64,000 nt of DNA, taken from Candidatus Dadabacteria bacterium (GTDB lineage Bacteria > Desulfobacterota_D > UBA1144 > Nemesobacterales > Nemesobacteraceae). Positions 45,254-54,629 of the stretch are shown here, piece by piece. Numbering within the stretch: the stretch's first letter is position 1; each line of letters starts with the position of its first letter. Where the stretch lies: positions 84,723 to 148,722 of the forward strand of contig VXNX01000013.1 of assembly GCA_009840385.1 (NCBI GenBank), written 5' to 3'. A program made the translations under genes and the position numbers. Below the pieces are notes generated by a model. It saw only the letters and a program-made list of their open reading frames with translations, had not been told where the DNA came from and did no database searches.

Positions 45254-45291
45254 CCCAAGTATATAGTCCCCTTTCTTTTCACCTTGGGCAC
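45252..45291. repeat. Right arm of the inverted repeat bounding the RM islet
   Basis: CTTTTCACCTTGGGCAC (45275-45291) is the exact reverse complement of 41390-41406. The inner part CAACCCAAGTATATAGTCCCC is similar to the left arm. Confidence 0.75.
45259..45271 (+). promoter_or_regulatory. Promoter-like motif GTATATAGTCCCC pointing toward mgtE
   Basis: A variant of the TATAAT-TCCC motif inside the right inverted-repeat arm, ~280 nt upstream of the mgtE ATG. Confidence 0.35.
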
Positions 45292-45549
45292 AGCTTTTGT
45301 CTGCTTCTTCCGCGAGATATCGCTCACTGATTAAATCTCACTTCCCGATCACCACTCCCCCATAGGAGTTATGCGCGACCATAACCACAAAGTGGGGGAA
45401 TGCTCGGTTTCCCGCCGCTACAGCTTCAAAGAAAAAGATCGCAGGATATATTTTTTGTAGTAATCAATACCGAAAACTGTATCCTAATCTGTTCAGGAAA
45501 GAGGCACTCAACACGCCTCCCGAGAAAACACGGAACCGAGAGTAACAAA

Positions 45550-46923
45550 ATGCCGATTAACGTCAAAAAAACGGTAAAAAGAATAGACAGAGTCCTTAAG
45601 AAAGGGAACTGGGATGCAGTTAGAAGCATAACACAGTCCATGCACCCCTCCGAGATAGCATCCCTTATACAGGCTTCTCCGCAGGAAAAAAAGCATCTGA
45701 TACTTGAGGCTCTCGACACCGAAGTAGCCTCTGAGGTCTATTTCCAGCTAAACCCCGAGGAACGCGTAAGCATGCTGAAGCTTATGCGGGAGACGTCCAT
45801 CACCGCGATGGCAGAAGAAATGGAATCGGACGATGCCGCCGACTTCCTGGGAGAACTGCCGGAAGACCTGGCGAAGAAGGTTCTCGAGGCTATGGATCCG
45901 GAAGAACGCGAGGAGGTGACGCCGCTTCTCAAGTACCCGCAAGATTCTGCGGGCGGAATCATGCAGACCGAAGTTCTAAAAGGTTCGCATGACGCTACTT
46001 CTAGAGAAACCGTCGAACTGATAAGAAAAATCGAGGAAGAAGACGAAGAGGACGTAGAGGACCTGCATATGGTCTACGTTGTGAACGAAACGGGAAGGCT
46101 CGTCGGAAGGGTGTTTCCACTTAAGCTCTCAACTGCGGCGCCGGATTCTCCCCTCTGGACGATAATGGACCCTGTCGAGGTAACGCTCACTCCGAATATG
46201 GACCAAGAGGAAGTTGCCAAAATCTTCAGAAAATACGATGAAATGTCGCTTCCCGTTGTGGACGATTCGGGAGTGCTGCTCGGCAGAATAACCGCAGACG
46301 ATATACTCGACGTCATATCCGAAGAGGCTGGGGAAGACATATACAAGCTCGGGGGAATAAGCGGCGAAGGACTCCACCCCATACACACGTCCATATACGA
46401 CAACGTGAGACTGAGAGCGCCCTGGATAATGCTCGCTCTTGTGGGAGAACTTCTGGTGGCTTTCATAATAATGCAGAAGTTTCAAACCACACTTGAGAAT
46501 TTCATCATACTCGCGGCGTTGCTACCCTTGGTCATGGCCACGGGTGGAAATGTCGGAGTTCAGACAAACACCATCACTGTCAGGGTCCTAGCCACTGGTG
46601 ATTTCGTGATGAACCGGATAAAAGACCTCCTTCTGGCGGAACTCAAGGTGGGACTGGCCCTCGGGATCATAAGTGGCCTTCTGGGCGCCTTGATCGGACT
46701 TCTGCTAAATACCGCGGAAGCTGATGTTACAAGATTGTTTCTGGTAATATTCGCAGGGATTGTTGGAGCTACGCTTACAACTTCGTTTCTTGGAGTTGCG
46801 GGGCCCCTTGTTCTTAACAGGCTAAAGATGGATCCGGCGGTATCCTCAGGGCCGTTTCTCGTTACTTTCAATGATATATTCGGCACCGCTTTCTACCTGT
46901 TTTTAGGTGCGGCGCTGCTGTAA
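45550..46923 (+). CDS. mgtE: Magnesium transporter MgtE
   Basis: MgtE N-domain, CBS pair and 5-TM C-terminus with PLVMATGGNVGVQ. I chose the start at 45550 (MPINVKK) over the ORF-track start at 45400. Confidence 0.9.
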   Translation: MPINVKKTVKRIDRVLKKGNWDAVRSITQSMHPSEIASLIQASPQEKKHLILEALDTEVASEVYFQLNPEERVSMLKLMRETSITAMAEEMESDDAADFLGELPEDLAKKVLEAMDPEEREEVTPLLKYPQDSAGGIMQTEVLKGSHDATSRETVELIRKIEEEDEEDVEDLHMVYVVNETGRLVGRVFPLKLSTAAPDSPLWTIMDPVEVTLTPNMDQEEVAKIFRKYDEMSLPVVDDSGVLLGRITADDILDVISEEAGEDIYKLGGISGEGLHPIHTSIYDNVRLRAPWIMLALVGELLVAFIIMQKFQTTLENFIILAALLPLVMATGGNVGVQTNTITVRVLATGDFVMNRIKDLLLAELKVGLALGIISGLLGALIGLLLNTAEADVTRLFLVIFAGIVGATLTTSFLGVAGPLVLNRLKMDPAVSSGPFLVTFNDIFGTAFYLFLGAALL

Positions 46924-46956
46924 ATGAAGTAGAGTCAGTATCCTTAGCAAATGATG

Positions 46957-47262
46957 TTAATCAACACTTAGTAGTTTGCCCTCATTGTCTAGCCGCCACT
47001 GAGCCGCATCAACAACATCGTTGCAAAAGAAACATGAATATTTTACTATCAGTGCTTCGAAACTGCGGTCGAGTTGGCTGCGATCACGGAGAACTTTAAA
47101 CCCTTGTTGGAGATCAGCACTAATCGCGAGTTTTGACAATGCGTTAATGGGACCATCGCGTTCAATCATTTGCCGAGTTCGCGATGCCGCAAACCCAATG
47201 GCTTCCTCATAAAGTGTTATAGATTCCTCAATTTCTCGTAACAACGATCGTTTTGACAACAT
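46957..47262 (-). CDS. Hypothetical 101-aa protein in an AT-rich patch
   Basis: An ORF only; I recognise no motif. Its composition differs from the flanks. Confidence 0.35.
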   Translation of the reverse strand: MLSKRSLLREIEESITLYEEAIGFAASRTRQMIERDGPINALSKLAISADLQQGFKVLRDRSQLDRSFEALIVKYSCFFCNDVVDAAQWRLDNEGKLLSVD

Positions 47263-47765
47263 AATGTTCTTTTAAGCTTACCCGAATGTTTGACCTAAAC
47301 GTGATTATATAACGTAATGGATGCTTTATAGAACTTGCAGTTTGGTCGCTAAGGACAAAGTGTGTTATACTTATGTCCATCGATTTAGCCGATGAATTGT
47401 TTTTTTTAGTCCGCTTTATCTTTGTGGTATGTATTAGCTTCATTTCGGCTTCCGCACATGGGAATTTAATCCTGAAAGTGGAGGTAGATATGATAATTGC
47501 CAAAACGTGCGTGGAGATGTCGGCGATCTTGTGGAGGCCGTAATGGTATGCTGATCTACGCAATAAAATGTGGATAGTGATTCTAGGCTAGAAGGATCGC
47601 CTCATTGCCACGGGGAGGTCGCCCTCCCCCTCCACGCCCACTCTTTTGCCATGTTTGAATGGTATAAAGTGTGTGAAATTCATCGGTTTAAAACCTTTTA
47701 CTAAGTATCAGATTTAGTCCCCAAAGTGAGTATTCCGATAGGAATTACATCGGAATATGGAAATG

Positions 47766-47840
<75 letters not shown>

Positions 47841-47874
47841 CAAAAAACCAAACACGCATCAAATCACGAAGAAA

Positions 47875-47950
47875 TGGTCGGGGTGAGAGGGCTCGAACCT
47901 CCGACCTCAGCATCCCAAATGCTGCGCGCTCCCAGCTGCGCCACACCCCG
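47875..47950 (-). tRNA. tRNA-Pro (TGG)
   Basis: Hand-folded cloverleaf with acceptor CGGGGTG/CACCCCG and anticodon loop TTTGGGA. CCA is encoded. Confidence 0.9.
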
Positions 47951-48017
47951 ATTTAAAAACGCATAATTATAACGACAGCTACTGAAGAAAACAAAACCGC
48001 CGTCCCGGCGGAAAAAC

Positions 48018-48914
48018 TCAGGAACCCGGAAGCATATACTTCTTCCAATATCTTATGAGACCGCCGGCATTCATATGGTAAGGAGTCATAAGATCATATT
48101 TTTGATAGACTTCCTCGCTCACCCCTTCCCGCTCGAATATTCCCCTGAAGTAGTCTCCGAATTCTTCTGTTATCTCCTCATCGCTCTTCCCGGCCGACAC
48201 TCTCTCGCCGATCCACTCAGACCACTCTTCGAGTTTTTCGGCGGCGTCGTCAAGCATGGGACCCACATCCGTGTATCCGCCGAAATGGGTGAGATAAAGT
48301 ATGTCGGGGGATATCTCCCTCATCTTCTCAATAGAAGCGTTCCACTTCTCAAGGTGTATCTCCGGAGGAGGAGTCGCAGGAATCATGGGCCCGCCCGCCA
48401 TCAGGCACCCCGCAGTATCCCCGGTAAAAAGGGCGTTCTCAATCAGGTAGCAGTGATGATGCCCGGCATGTCCGGCTGTCTCAATAATTTTCACTTCAAC
48501 GTCTCCTATGTTGATGACTTGGCCGTCCTCAATGGCAACCACGCGGTCTTTATCCATTCCCCTGACCTCACCCCAGAGACGTCGCATGTTGTCCTCCCCG
48601 TATATCCTCGTCGCAGATCTCATGAGTTTCTCGGGGTCAACAAGGTGCGGAGCTCCCACCGGGTGAACGTATATGGTGGATCCCGCCTCGGCAAAATGCC
48701 AGGCGGCACCCGAGTGGTCAAGATGAATGTGGGTTACGAACACGTGTTTTACGTCAGAGGGTGCGTAGCCGAGGTCCGAAAGACCGCTTTTAAGATTCTC
48801 AAACGACGTGTCGGGACCGGTTTCTATCAGCATCGGCCCTTCTCCAGTCTCTATCAGGTAAGACGCTACCGCCTCCGTTGTAAAGAAATTAACGTCAATG
48901 ATCTTCAAGTCCAT
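48018..48914 (-). CDS. MBL-fold metallo-hydrolase
   Basis: THIHLDHSG (HxHxDH) and downstream His/Asp ligands. Confidence 0.8.
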   Translation of the reverse strand: MDLKIIDVNFFTTEAVASYLIETGEGPMLIETGPDTSFENLKSGLSDLGYAPSDVKHVFVTHIHLDHSGAAWHFAEAGSTIYVHPVGAPHLVDPEKLMRSATRIYGEDNMRRLWGEVRGMDKDRVVAIEDGQVINIGDVEVKIIETAGHAGHHHCYLIENALFTGDTAGCLMAGGPMIPATPPPEIHLEKWNASIEKMREISPDILYLTHFGGYTDVGPMLDDAAEKLEEWSEWIGERVSAGKSDEEITEEFGDYFRGIFEREGVSEEVYQKYDLMTPYHMNAGGLIRYWKKYMLPGS

Positions 48915-48945
48915 TTAGTTATGTCCTCCTGCGTTTGTTCCATTT

Positions 48946-49407
48946 TTAGAATCCGAAACGTAAACCTGCGTGAAAAGTAGTATTGTCGATTGACAACGAG
49001 TCTATTATATCGCTGCTTCTGGCAATCCCCAGTTTCAGCCTTGCGCTCTCTCCCAGGTTAACAAAACCCGCAATGGCCAACGCGGTGTTACCTACACACG
49101 GGTCCCCGTCCTTTACCGGGTAAGAAGTCCCGTTTGTATAGTGACTGACACCCATGCCCAGTTTCACCCCCGCTACCTTGAAGCCCGCTCCCCCCGTAAA
49201 TACGCTGATATTGTCAAGCTCAGAGTACTTTTCATCAAACGGGGTATGCGACGCGCTTACGTCAAACGTAACTTTCTGGTGAACAAGTTCGGGTACCGCG
49301 TGGATTGCTAGATTGTTGTTTTCAACGGTACTGCAATCGTTCGCAGTTGCCAGCGCCGGCATAATAGCTATTAAGCCCGCTATTAGGAACATTTTGATCT
49401 TATTCAT
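48946..49407 (-). CDS. Small outer-membrane beta-barrel protein
   Basis: Signal peptide ending ALATA, alternating beta-strand pattern, and a C-terminal aromatic residue (GLRFGF). Confidence 0.6.
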   Translation of the reverse strand: MNKIKMFLIAGLIAIMPALATANDCSTVENNNLAIHAVPELVHQKVTFDVSASHTPFDEKYSELDNISVFTGGAGFKVAGVKLGMGVSHYTNGTSYPVKDGDPCVGNTALAIAGFVNLGESARLKLGIARSSDIIDSLSIDNTTFHAGLRFGF

Positions 49408-49544
49408 TTCTCTATCTCCTTTAAATCAGGAACTTACCTTGTCGATTGAGCAGTCTGCCAATGCAGACGGTTAACTGCATCGGCATAATTCTTCCTTTTC
49501 AGATATTTTTTGGCAATCATTTTCTATACGGGAACTTTCGTCTC

Positions 49545-50705
49545 CTATGCGCCGGCTTTTACCCGGCCGGAGTCAACAAAAAACGAGTGGAACTCTCCTT
49601 GACGAGGTATCTCGTTTTTATCAGTCGATGTAACAAATACCTGCCCGGTAAATTCCGAAAGCGTCTGGAAAAGAAAGCTCCTGCGTTTAATGTCAAGTTC
49701 GCTTGTTATGTCGTCTAGAAGAAGTATGGGATTGGTCCCTGTATGCTCCTTAAAAAGCCTTATCTCTGAGGCCTTAAGCGCAAGAACCAGGTTTTTTGAC
49801 TGCCCCTGCGAGGCAAAGCGCGAAGCGTCCTGTCCATTCAGCAGAAAACCGACCCGGTCCCTGTGGGGACCGACAGTCGTGTGGCCCCTTTTTTTATCCG
49901 AAGGGAAATTCCTTGAAAGCGCCTCCCTTATGCCCTCGCCTAGGTCTGCCTTGCGTTCAAAGGAAAATCCGTAGCTCACGCGCGCCGACGTGTCAGACTC
50001 CCCGTGCTCTCCGTATACTTCGGCTAGCTTGCGGTTAAAGCTTTTTATCATCTCGACGCGCCTGCTTACGATATCGGCTCCGATCCCGGCTATCTGCTCA
50101 TCCCAGAGTTCCATGGAAAGAGAAGACATTTTCTCCCTTGAACCGAGCATGTGGTTTCTCTGGCTCACGGCCCTCTGGTAATCGCGAAGCTGCTTTATGT
50201 GGACCGGATAAACAGCGCTTATGACGGAATCGAGATAATTTCTCCTAGCCTGAAGCCCTCCCTTTACTATCTCTATGTCCGAGGGAAGAAACAAAACTAC
50301 TTTGAAACGGCCGAAGTGCTGGCTTATGCTCCGCACGGTCTTTGAGTTAAGCCGCGTGTGGCGGCCTTCTTTCTTCACGGTTATGTGCACTTCGTTGAGG
50401 CCGTTTCCCGAAAGAATCTCCCCCTTCACGAGGGATGCTTCGCAGCCGAAGCGCACAAGCTCAGAGTTTTTCGCACCCGAAAACGGCCGCAGTCCGCAGA
50501 CAAGATAGATGGCTTCGAGGAGGTTGGTTTTCCCTTGGGCGTTTCGACCGTGGATAACGTTGAATCCGGGATAGAACGGAAGGGAAAGGTTTTCGTAATT
50601 TCTGTAATTTCTTAGGCTTAAATGTTTGAGCTGCACTTGATCTACCGACTGTTTTTTCTGGGAAAAAACCGCTTCGCCGCTTCCCGCAGGCCCTTTCTTG
50701 ACCAT
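49545..50705 (-). CDS. recF: DNA replication and repair protein RecF
   Basis: Walker A GRNAQGKTNLLEA, signature SQGQSKNLVLALK, Walker B ILLLDDITSELD. The true start may be GTG at 50636. Confidence 0.9.
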   Translation of the reverse strand: MVKKGPAGSGEAVFSQKKQSVDQVQLKHLSLRNYRNYENLSLPFYPGFNVIHGRNAQGKTNLLEAIYLVCGLRPFSGAKNSELVRFGCEASLVKGEILSGNGLNEVHITVKKEGRHTRLNSKTVRSISQHFGRFKVVLFLPSDIEIVKGGLQARRNYLDSVISAVYPVHIKQLRDYQRAVSQRNHMLGSREKMSSLSMELWDEQIAGIGADIVSRRVEMIKSFNRKLAEVYGEHGESDTSARVSYGFSFERKADLGEGIREALSRNFPSDKKRGHTTVGPHRDRVGFLLNGQDASRFASQGQSKNLVLALKASEIRLFKEHTGTNPILLLDDITSELDIKRRSFLFQTLSEFTGQVFVTSTDKNEIPRQGEFHSFFVDSGRVKAGA

Positions 50706-50746
50706 AAAATTTTAAGCGTTAATATCTTTTTTGAAAGGTACGGCTA

Positions 50747-52858
50747 ATGATATCGCTTAAAATATCGGAAATCCACTCAAAGGACTGGGGAAAGGGTTAC
50801 GCCAGGATCAGCAGTCTGGATATGAAAGAACTCGGCCTCACATCCTGGGATCTCATACAGATAGACGGAAGGAAAAAAACCGTTGTAAGGGCTCTGCCGT
50901 TAGATATAGACGAAGAGGAAACGGAATCCGTCATAGAAATAGATACGGTAACGAGAGAAAACGCGGGAGTGGGGCTTGACGACATAGTGATAGTGACAAA
51001 AGCCGATCTTGAGAAGGCAAGCAGGATAACGCTTTGCCCGAGGGACAAGGCGTTTCTCTACGACCCCGCAAAAAGCAAGCGCCTTTCCAACAGACTCGAA
51101 GGGCTTGCGGTAACGGTCGGAGACAGGGTGTCGGTCAGGGTATCCGCCGCCAAGACCGAAGACTTCGACGTGCTTACCGCCATGCCGGAGCATTCAGTGA
51201 TCATAAGCCAGAAGACCCGCATGGACGTGATACAGAGACCGAAAACCAAAGTAGACGCAGAAAGGATCTCTTACGCGGACATAGGGGGACTTTTAAGCCA
51301 GATAAAGAGAATAAAGGAGATTCTTGAATTTCCGATACGCTTTCCCTCGCTTTTCGAAAAGCTCGGAGTTCAGCCACCCAGAGGAGTTCTTCTTACCGGA
51401 CCTCCTGGAAGCGGAAAGACCCTGCTTGCAAAAGCCATAGCGTTTGAAACGAATTCCAATTTCCAGGTAATAAACGGTCCCGAGATAATTCACAGATTCT
51501 ATGGAGAAAGCGAAGCTAAGCTGCGCCAGATATTTGAGGCCGCGACGAAAAACCAGCCGTCAATAATATTCCTTGACGAACTCGATGCGATAGCTCCCCG
51601 CCGGGACAAGGTAACGGGAGACGTGGAGAAAAGGGTAGTGGCACAGCTTCTCTCGCTCATGGACGGACTTACGAACAGGGGAAACGTTACGGTTATCGGA
51701 GCGACAAATCTTCCGGATATGCTTGATCCGGCACTGCGTCGCCCCGGCAGGTTCGACAGGGAAATCCACCTTCCGGTTCCCGATACCAAGGCCCGCCTCG
51801 AGATATTCCAAGTTCATTCAAGAAGCATGCCTCTTTCAAATGACGTGGATCTCCAGAGGCTCTCTGAGCTTTCAAGCGGTTACGTCGGGGCCGACATAGA
51901 AAACCTCTGCAGGGAGGCAGCCATAAACTCCCTTACCAATATTCTGCCGGACATGGAGGAAGACTCCGCCTCTGACTTCGGGCAGAGCTTTCCCGTCGAA
52001 GTCAGCATGGAAAACTTCCTTGAGGCCCTCCGGAACATCCATCCTTCCGCCATAAGGGAGATAGTGGCTGAGATACCGAAAACCTCCTGGGATGACGTTG
52101 GAGGTCTTGAGAACGTAAAGAACGACCTGATCGAATCGGTTATATGGCCGATGAAACACAGGAATTTCTACGAGGCTCTGGATGTAACGTCCCCGAGGGG
52201 AATAATGCTTCACGGTCCGCCGGGAACGGGAAAAACCCTTCTTGCAAAAGCGCTTGCCAACAGAACGGAAGTGAACTTCATTTCCATAAAGGGAGCGGAG
52301 CTTCTCTCCAAGTACGTCGGCGAGTCGGAGCGTGCCGTAAGGGAAGTTTTCAGAAAGGCAAAGCAGGTTTCTCCGTGCATAGTGTTTTTTGATGAGATTG
52401 ACGCCCTTTGTCCCAGACGCTCCGAATCAAACTCAACCCGTGTGAGCGAAAGGGTCGTAAGTCAGCTGCTTGCCGAAATTGACGGGGTTGAGGAGCTCCC
52501 GGATGTTCTGGTGCTGGCTGCGACAAACAGAATTGACATGGTCGAACCGGCTCTTCTGAGACCGGGAAGATTCGATCTGGTGGTTGAAGTTCCCGCTCCG
52601 TCAAAACAGGAAATTCTCGAAATCCTGAAAATTCACACCTGGAAAAAACCTCTAGGCACCGACATAAAAATCTCTGCGCTTGCGGAGCAACTGGAAGGCA
52701 GGACCGGAGCGGACGTAAAACTCGTATGCAACAGGGCTTCTCTGCATGCGATAAAAGAACATCTGGGGAAAAACAAAAAAGTCATCAAACTCTGCAAAAG
52801 ACATTTTGACCTGGCACTTGCGGAACTCCAGAAAAGAAGCGGTTACCGAGAAGAGTAG
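50747..52858 (+). CDS. Cdc48/VCP-like double-ring AAA+ ATPase (N-domain + D1 + D2)
   Basis: Cdc48-N-like double-psi barrel N-terminus. Walker A GPPGSGKT and GPPGTGKT; Walker B IIFLDELD and IVFFDEID. Confidence 0.9.
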   Translation: MISLKISEIHSKDWGKGYARISSLDMKELGLTSWDLIQIDGRKKTVVRALPLDIDEEETESVIEIDTVTRENAGVGLDDIVIVTKADLEKASRITLCPRDKAFLYDPAKSKRLSNRLEGLAVTVGDRVSVRVSAAKTEDFDVLTAMPEHSVIISQKTRMDVIQRPKTKVDAERISYADIGGLLSQIKRIKEILEFPIRFPSLFEKLGVQPPRGVLLTGPPGSGKTLLAKAIAFETNSNFQVINGPEIIHRFYGESEAKLRQIFEAATKNQPSIIFLDELDAIAPRRDKVTGDVEKRVVAQLLSLMDGLTNRGNVTVIGATNLPDMLDPALRRPGRFDREIHLPVPDTKARLEIFQVHSRSMPLSNDVDLQRLSELSSGYVGADIENLCREAAINSLTNILPDMEEDSASDFGQSFPVEVSMENFLEALRNIHPSAIREIVAEIPKTSWDDVGGLENVKNDLIESVIWPMKHRNFYEALDVTSPRGIMLHGPPGTGKTLLAKALANRTEVNFISIKGAELLSKYVGESERAVREVFRKAKQVSPCIVFFDEIDALCPRRSESNSTRVSERVVSQLLAEIDGVEELPDVLVLAATNRIDMVEPALLRPGRFDLVVEVPAPSKQEILEILKIHTWKKPLGTDIKISALAEQLEGRTGADVKLVCNRASLHAIKEHLGKNKKVIKLCKRHFDLALAELQKRSGYREE

Positions 52859-52875
52859 CTAGGACAGGAGTCGTC

Positions 52876-53742
52876 TTGGAAAGTTCCTTTTTCTTTCTTG
52901 ACAGTATCGTTCCAGAAATATGGTTTTTCATCCTGGGGGCGGCACTCGGAAGTTTTGTGAATGTCTGCGCAAGGAGAATTCCGGCCGGGGCATCAGTTAT
53001 CTCCCCCCGCTCCCGCTGCGAGAGCTGCAAGACTGCTATACGGAGCTATCACAACATTCCCGTTTTAAGCTGGATTCTTCTAGGGGGCAAATGCGCCTAC
53101 TGTAAAGAGCAGATATCGATTGAGTATCCGCTCACGGAACTTCTGTGCGGAGTGCTTGTGCTTTTTCTCTACATGGAGTTCGGAGTATCGCTTGAGCTGC
53201 TTTTCTACCTGGCGCTTTGCCTGTCGCTTGTGGTTATAACTCTGATAGACATAAGGCATCTCATTATCCCCGATGTGGTAACATTGCCGGGAATAGCAGC
53301 CGGGGTTTTGCTCAACGCAATTAAGACCGACTGGGAAACCGTAGCCGAGGTGGTTTTCTCTCCCGCACTTTCCGACTTTCTGCCCGCCATAGCGGAAATC
53401 GCGGTTTTTAATTCAATAGGTGGGGCACTGCTTGGAGGAGGAGCTTTCTTGCTAATCGCCACGGTTTACAGAACCTTGAGAAAAAAAGAAGGGATGGGGA
53501 TGGGTGACGTCAAGCTTGTCTGCATGCTTGGTGCTTTCTTCGGAATGTGGGGAGTGCTGGTCATAATATTTCTAAGCTCCATCCTGGGAACCCTGATCGG
53601 ACTGTCGGTTATAATACTGCGCAAAAAGGATCCGGGACACGCTATTGCCTACGGCCCCTTTCTTTCCTTCTCGGCCATCTTGTATCTGCTTGGAAATGAA
53701 CTTTTTCTTCTTGCCGGAATAAGCATCGGGCCACTGGGGTAA
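52876..53742 (+). CDS. pilD: Prepilin peptidase / N-methyltransferase (A24 family)
   Basis: GSFVNVCARRIP, Cys pairs CESC...CAYC, and the catalytic GMGMGDVKL. TTG start. Confidence 0.9.
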   Translation: MESSFFFLDSIVPEIWFFILGAALGSFVNVCARRIPAGASVISPRSRCESCKTAIRSYHNIPVLSWILLGGKCAYCKEQISIEYPLTELLCGVLVLFLYMEFGVSLELLFYLALCLSLVVITLIDIRHLIIPDVVTLPGIAAGVLLNAIKTDWETVAEVVFSPALSDFLPAIAEIAVFNSIGGALLGGGAFLLIATVYRTLRKKEGMGMGDVKLVCMLGAFFGMWGVLVIIFLSSILGTLIGLSVIILRKKDPGHAIAYGPFLSFSAILYLLGNELFLLAGISIGPLG

Positions 53743-53746
53743 AATC

Positions 53747-54562
53747 ATGAACAGAATAATCAAAAATCTCTTTCTCCTGATCGTCATAGTCATCGCGGCC
53801 AAGTTTCTGATCACGGTCTTCGGAAAAGACCTCTCCACCGGATATCCGGAGAAAATAATCCTTGGAAGCTGGACGGAACAGAGCATTGAAACCCTTATAA
53901 AACAAGCCGGCTCGAAAAATAGTTCCGGGGAAAAGATAGAATTTCTCTCGGAGAGTTTTCTTGGGACTCCCTACGCCGAGAACACCCTAGGCGGAGGAAG
54001 CGATCAGACGGAGCAGCTTACCGTGGATCTCTCGGGACTCGACTGTTTCACTTATATTGACTACGTGGAATCGCTGAGACTCTCGGGAAGTTTTGCGGAA
54101 TTTAGAGAAAAACTCGCGAAAATCAGATACAAACACGGCGCCGTGCTATGGGAGAAAAGAAAACACTTTTTCTCCGACTGGGTTAGCGGTGGGGATAAAA
54201 ACGCGCATGACGTCACGGGGAAAATCGGGGGTGACGCCGTGCTTACGGCAACCAAGGAATTAAACAGAAAAACAGACGGTTCGCTCTGGCTTCCGGGCCT
54301 CACCACAGTAAAAAGGGAAATAAGCCACATTCCCTCTCAGAAAATCAGTCCGCAGGTACTTCGGGAGATAAAAACGGGAGACTACATTGGAGTCTACTCC
54401 GATAGAGACGGTCTTGACGTGTCTCACACCGGAATCGCGGTGAGAAAAAATGGCGGGGTTTACCTGCGTCATGCTTCCCTGGTGCATAAGAAAGTGCTTG
54501 ACGAGGAACTTGCCACCTACATGAAAAACAAGCCCGGACTCTTGGTATACAGGGTAAAGTAA
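53747..54562 (+). CDS. DUF1460-like protein, putative NlpC/P60-type cell-wall hydrolase
   Basis: N-terminal anchor. GLDCFTYIDYV (Cys) and VSHTGIAV (His) are spaced as in NlpC/P60-like enzymes. This assignment is from memory of the family. Confidence 0.5.
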   Translation: MNRIIKNLFLLIVIVIAAKFLITVFGKDLSTGYPEKIILGSWTEQSIETLIKQAGSKNSSGEKIEFLSESFLGTPYAENTLGGGSDQTEQLTVDLSGLDCFTYIDYVESLRLSGSFAEFREKLAKIRYKHGAVLWEKRKHFFSDWVSGGDKNAHDVTGKIGGDAVLTATKELNRKTDGSLWLPGLTTVKREISHIPSQKISPQVLREIKTGDYIGVYSDRDGLDVSHTGIAVRKNGGVYLRHASLVHKKVLDEELATYMKNKPGLLVYRVK

Positions 54563-54629
54563 TCTATTATGTGGTAGAATCAGAACTGCCCCAAGGAGGG
54601 GTATGATCGTAATCTAAGGAGGCAAATTG

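Noticed and set aside
41390-45291. Classical Type I RM system
   Set aside because: No HsdR-like helicase/translocase gene is present in or next to the islet. The nuclease-like domain is fused to the methyltransferase instead.
45400-45549. 50-codon N-terminal extension of mgtE; similar long-ORF starts at 4303 (bcp), 23149 (tam), 58824 (pfk) and 58202 (rhomboid)
   Set aside because: The extensions have no homology to the respective families, and the internal ATGs match the expected N-termini.
45292-45549. M-box Mg2+ riboswitch upstream of mgtE
   Set aside because: I could not find the conserved M-box core sequence or architecture by eye. I kept it only as a low-interest 'unknown leader' finding that needs an Infernal scan.
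46924-47765. tRNA-targeted integrated element with att sites
   Set aside because: I found no duplicated tRNA 3' segment and no integrase. I kept it only as an AT-rich orphan patch.
48075-48980. 301-aa ORF antisense to the MBL-fold hydrolase gene
   Set aside because: A shadow frame. The minus-strand product carries the HxHxDH motif.
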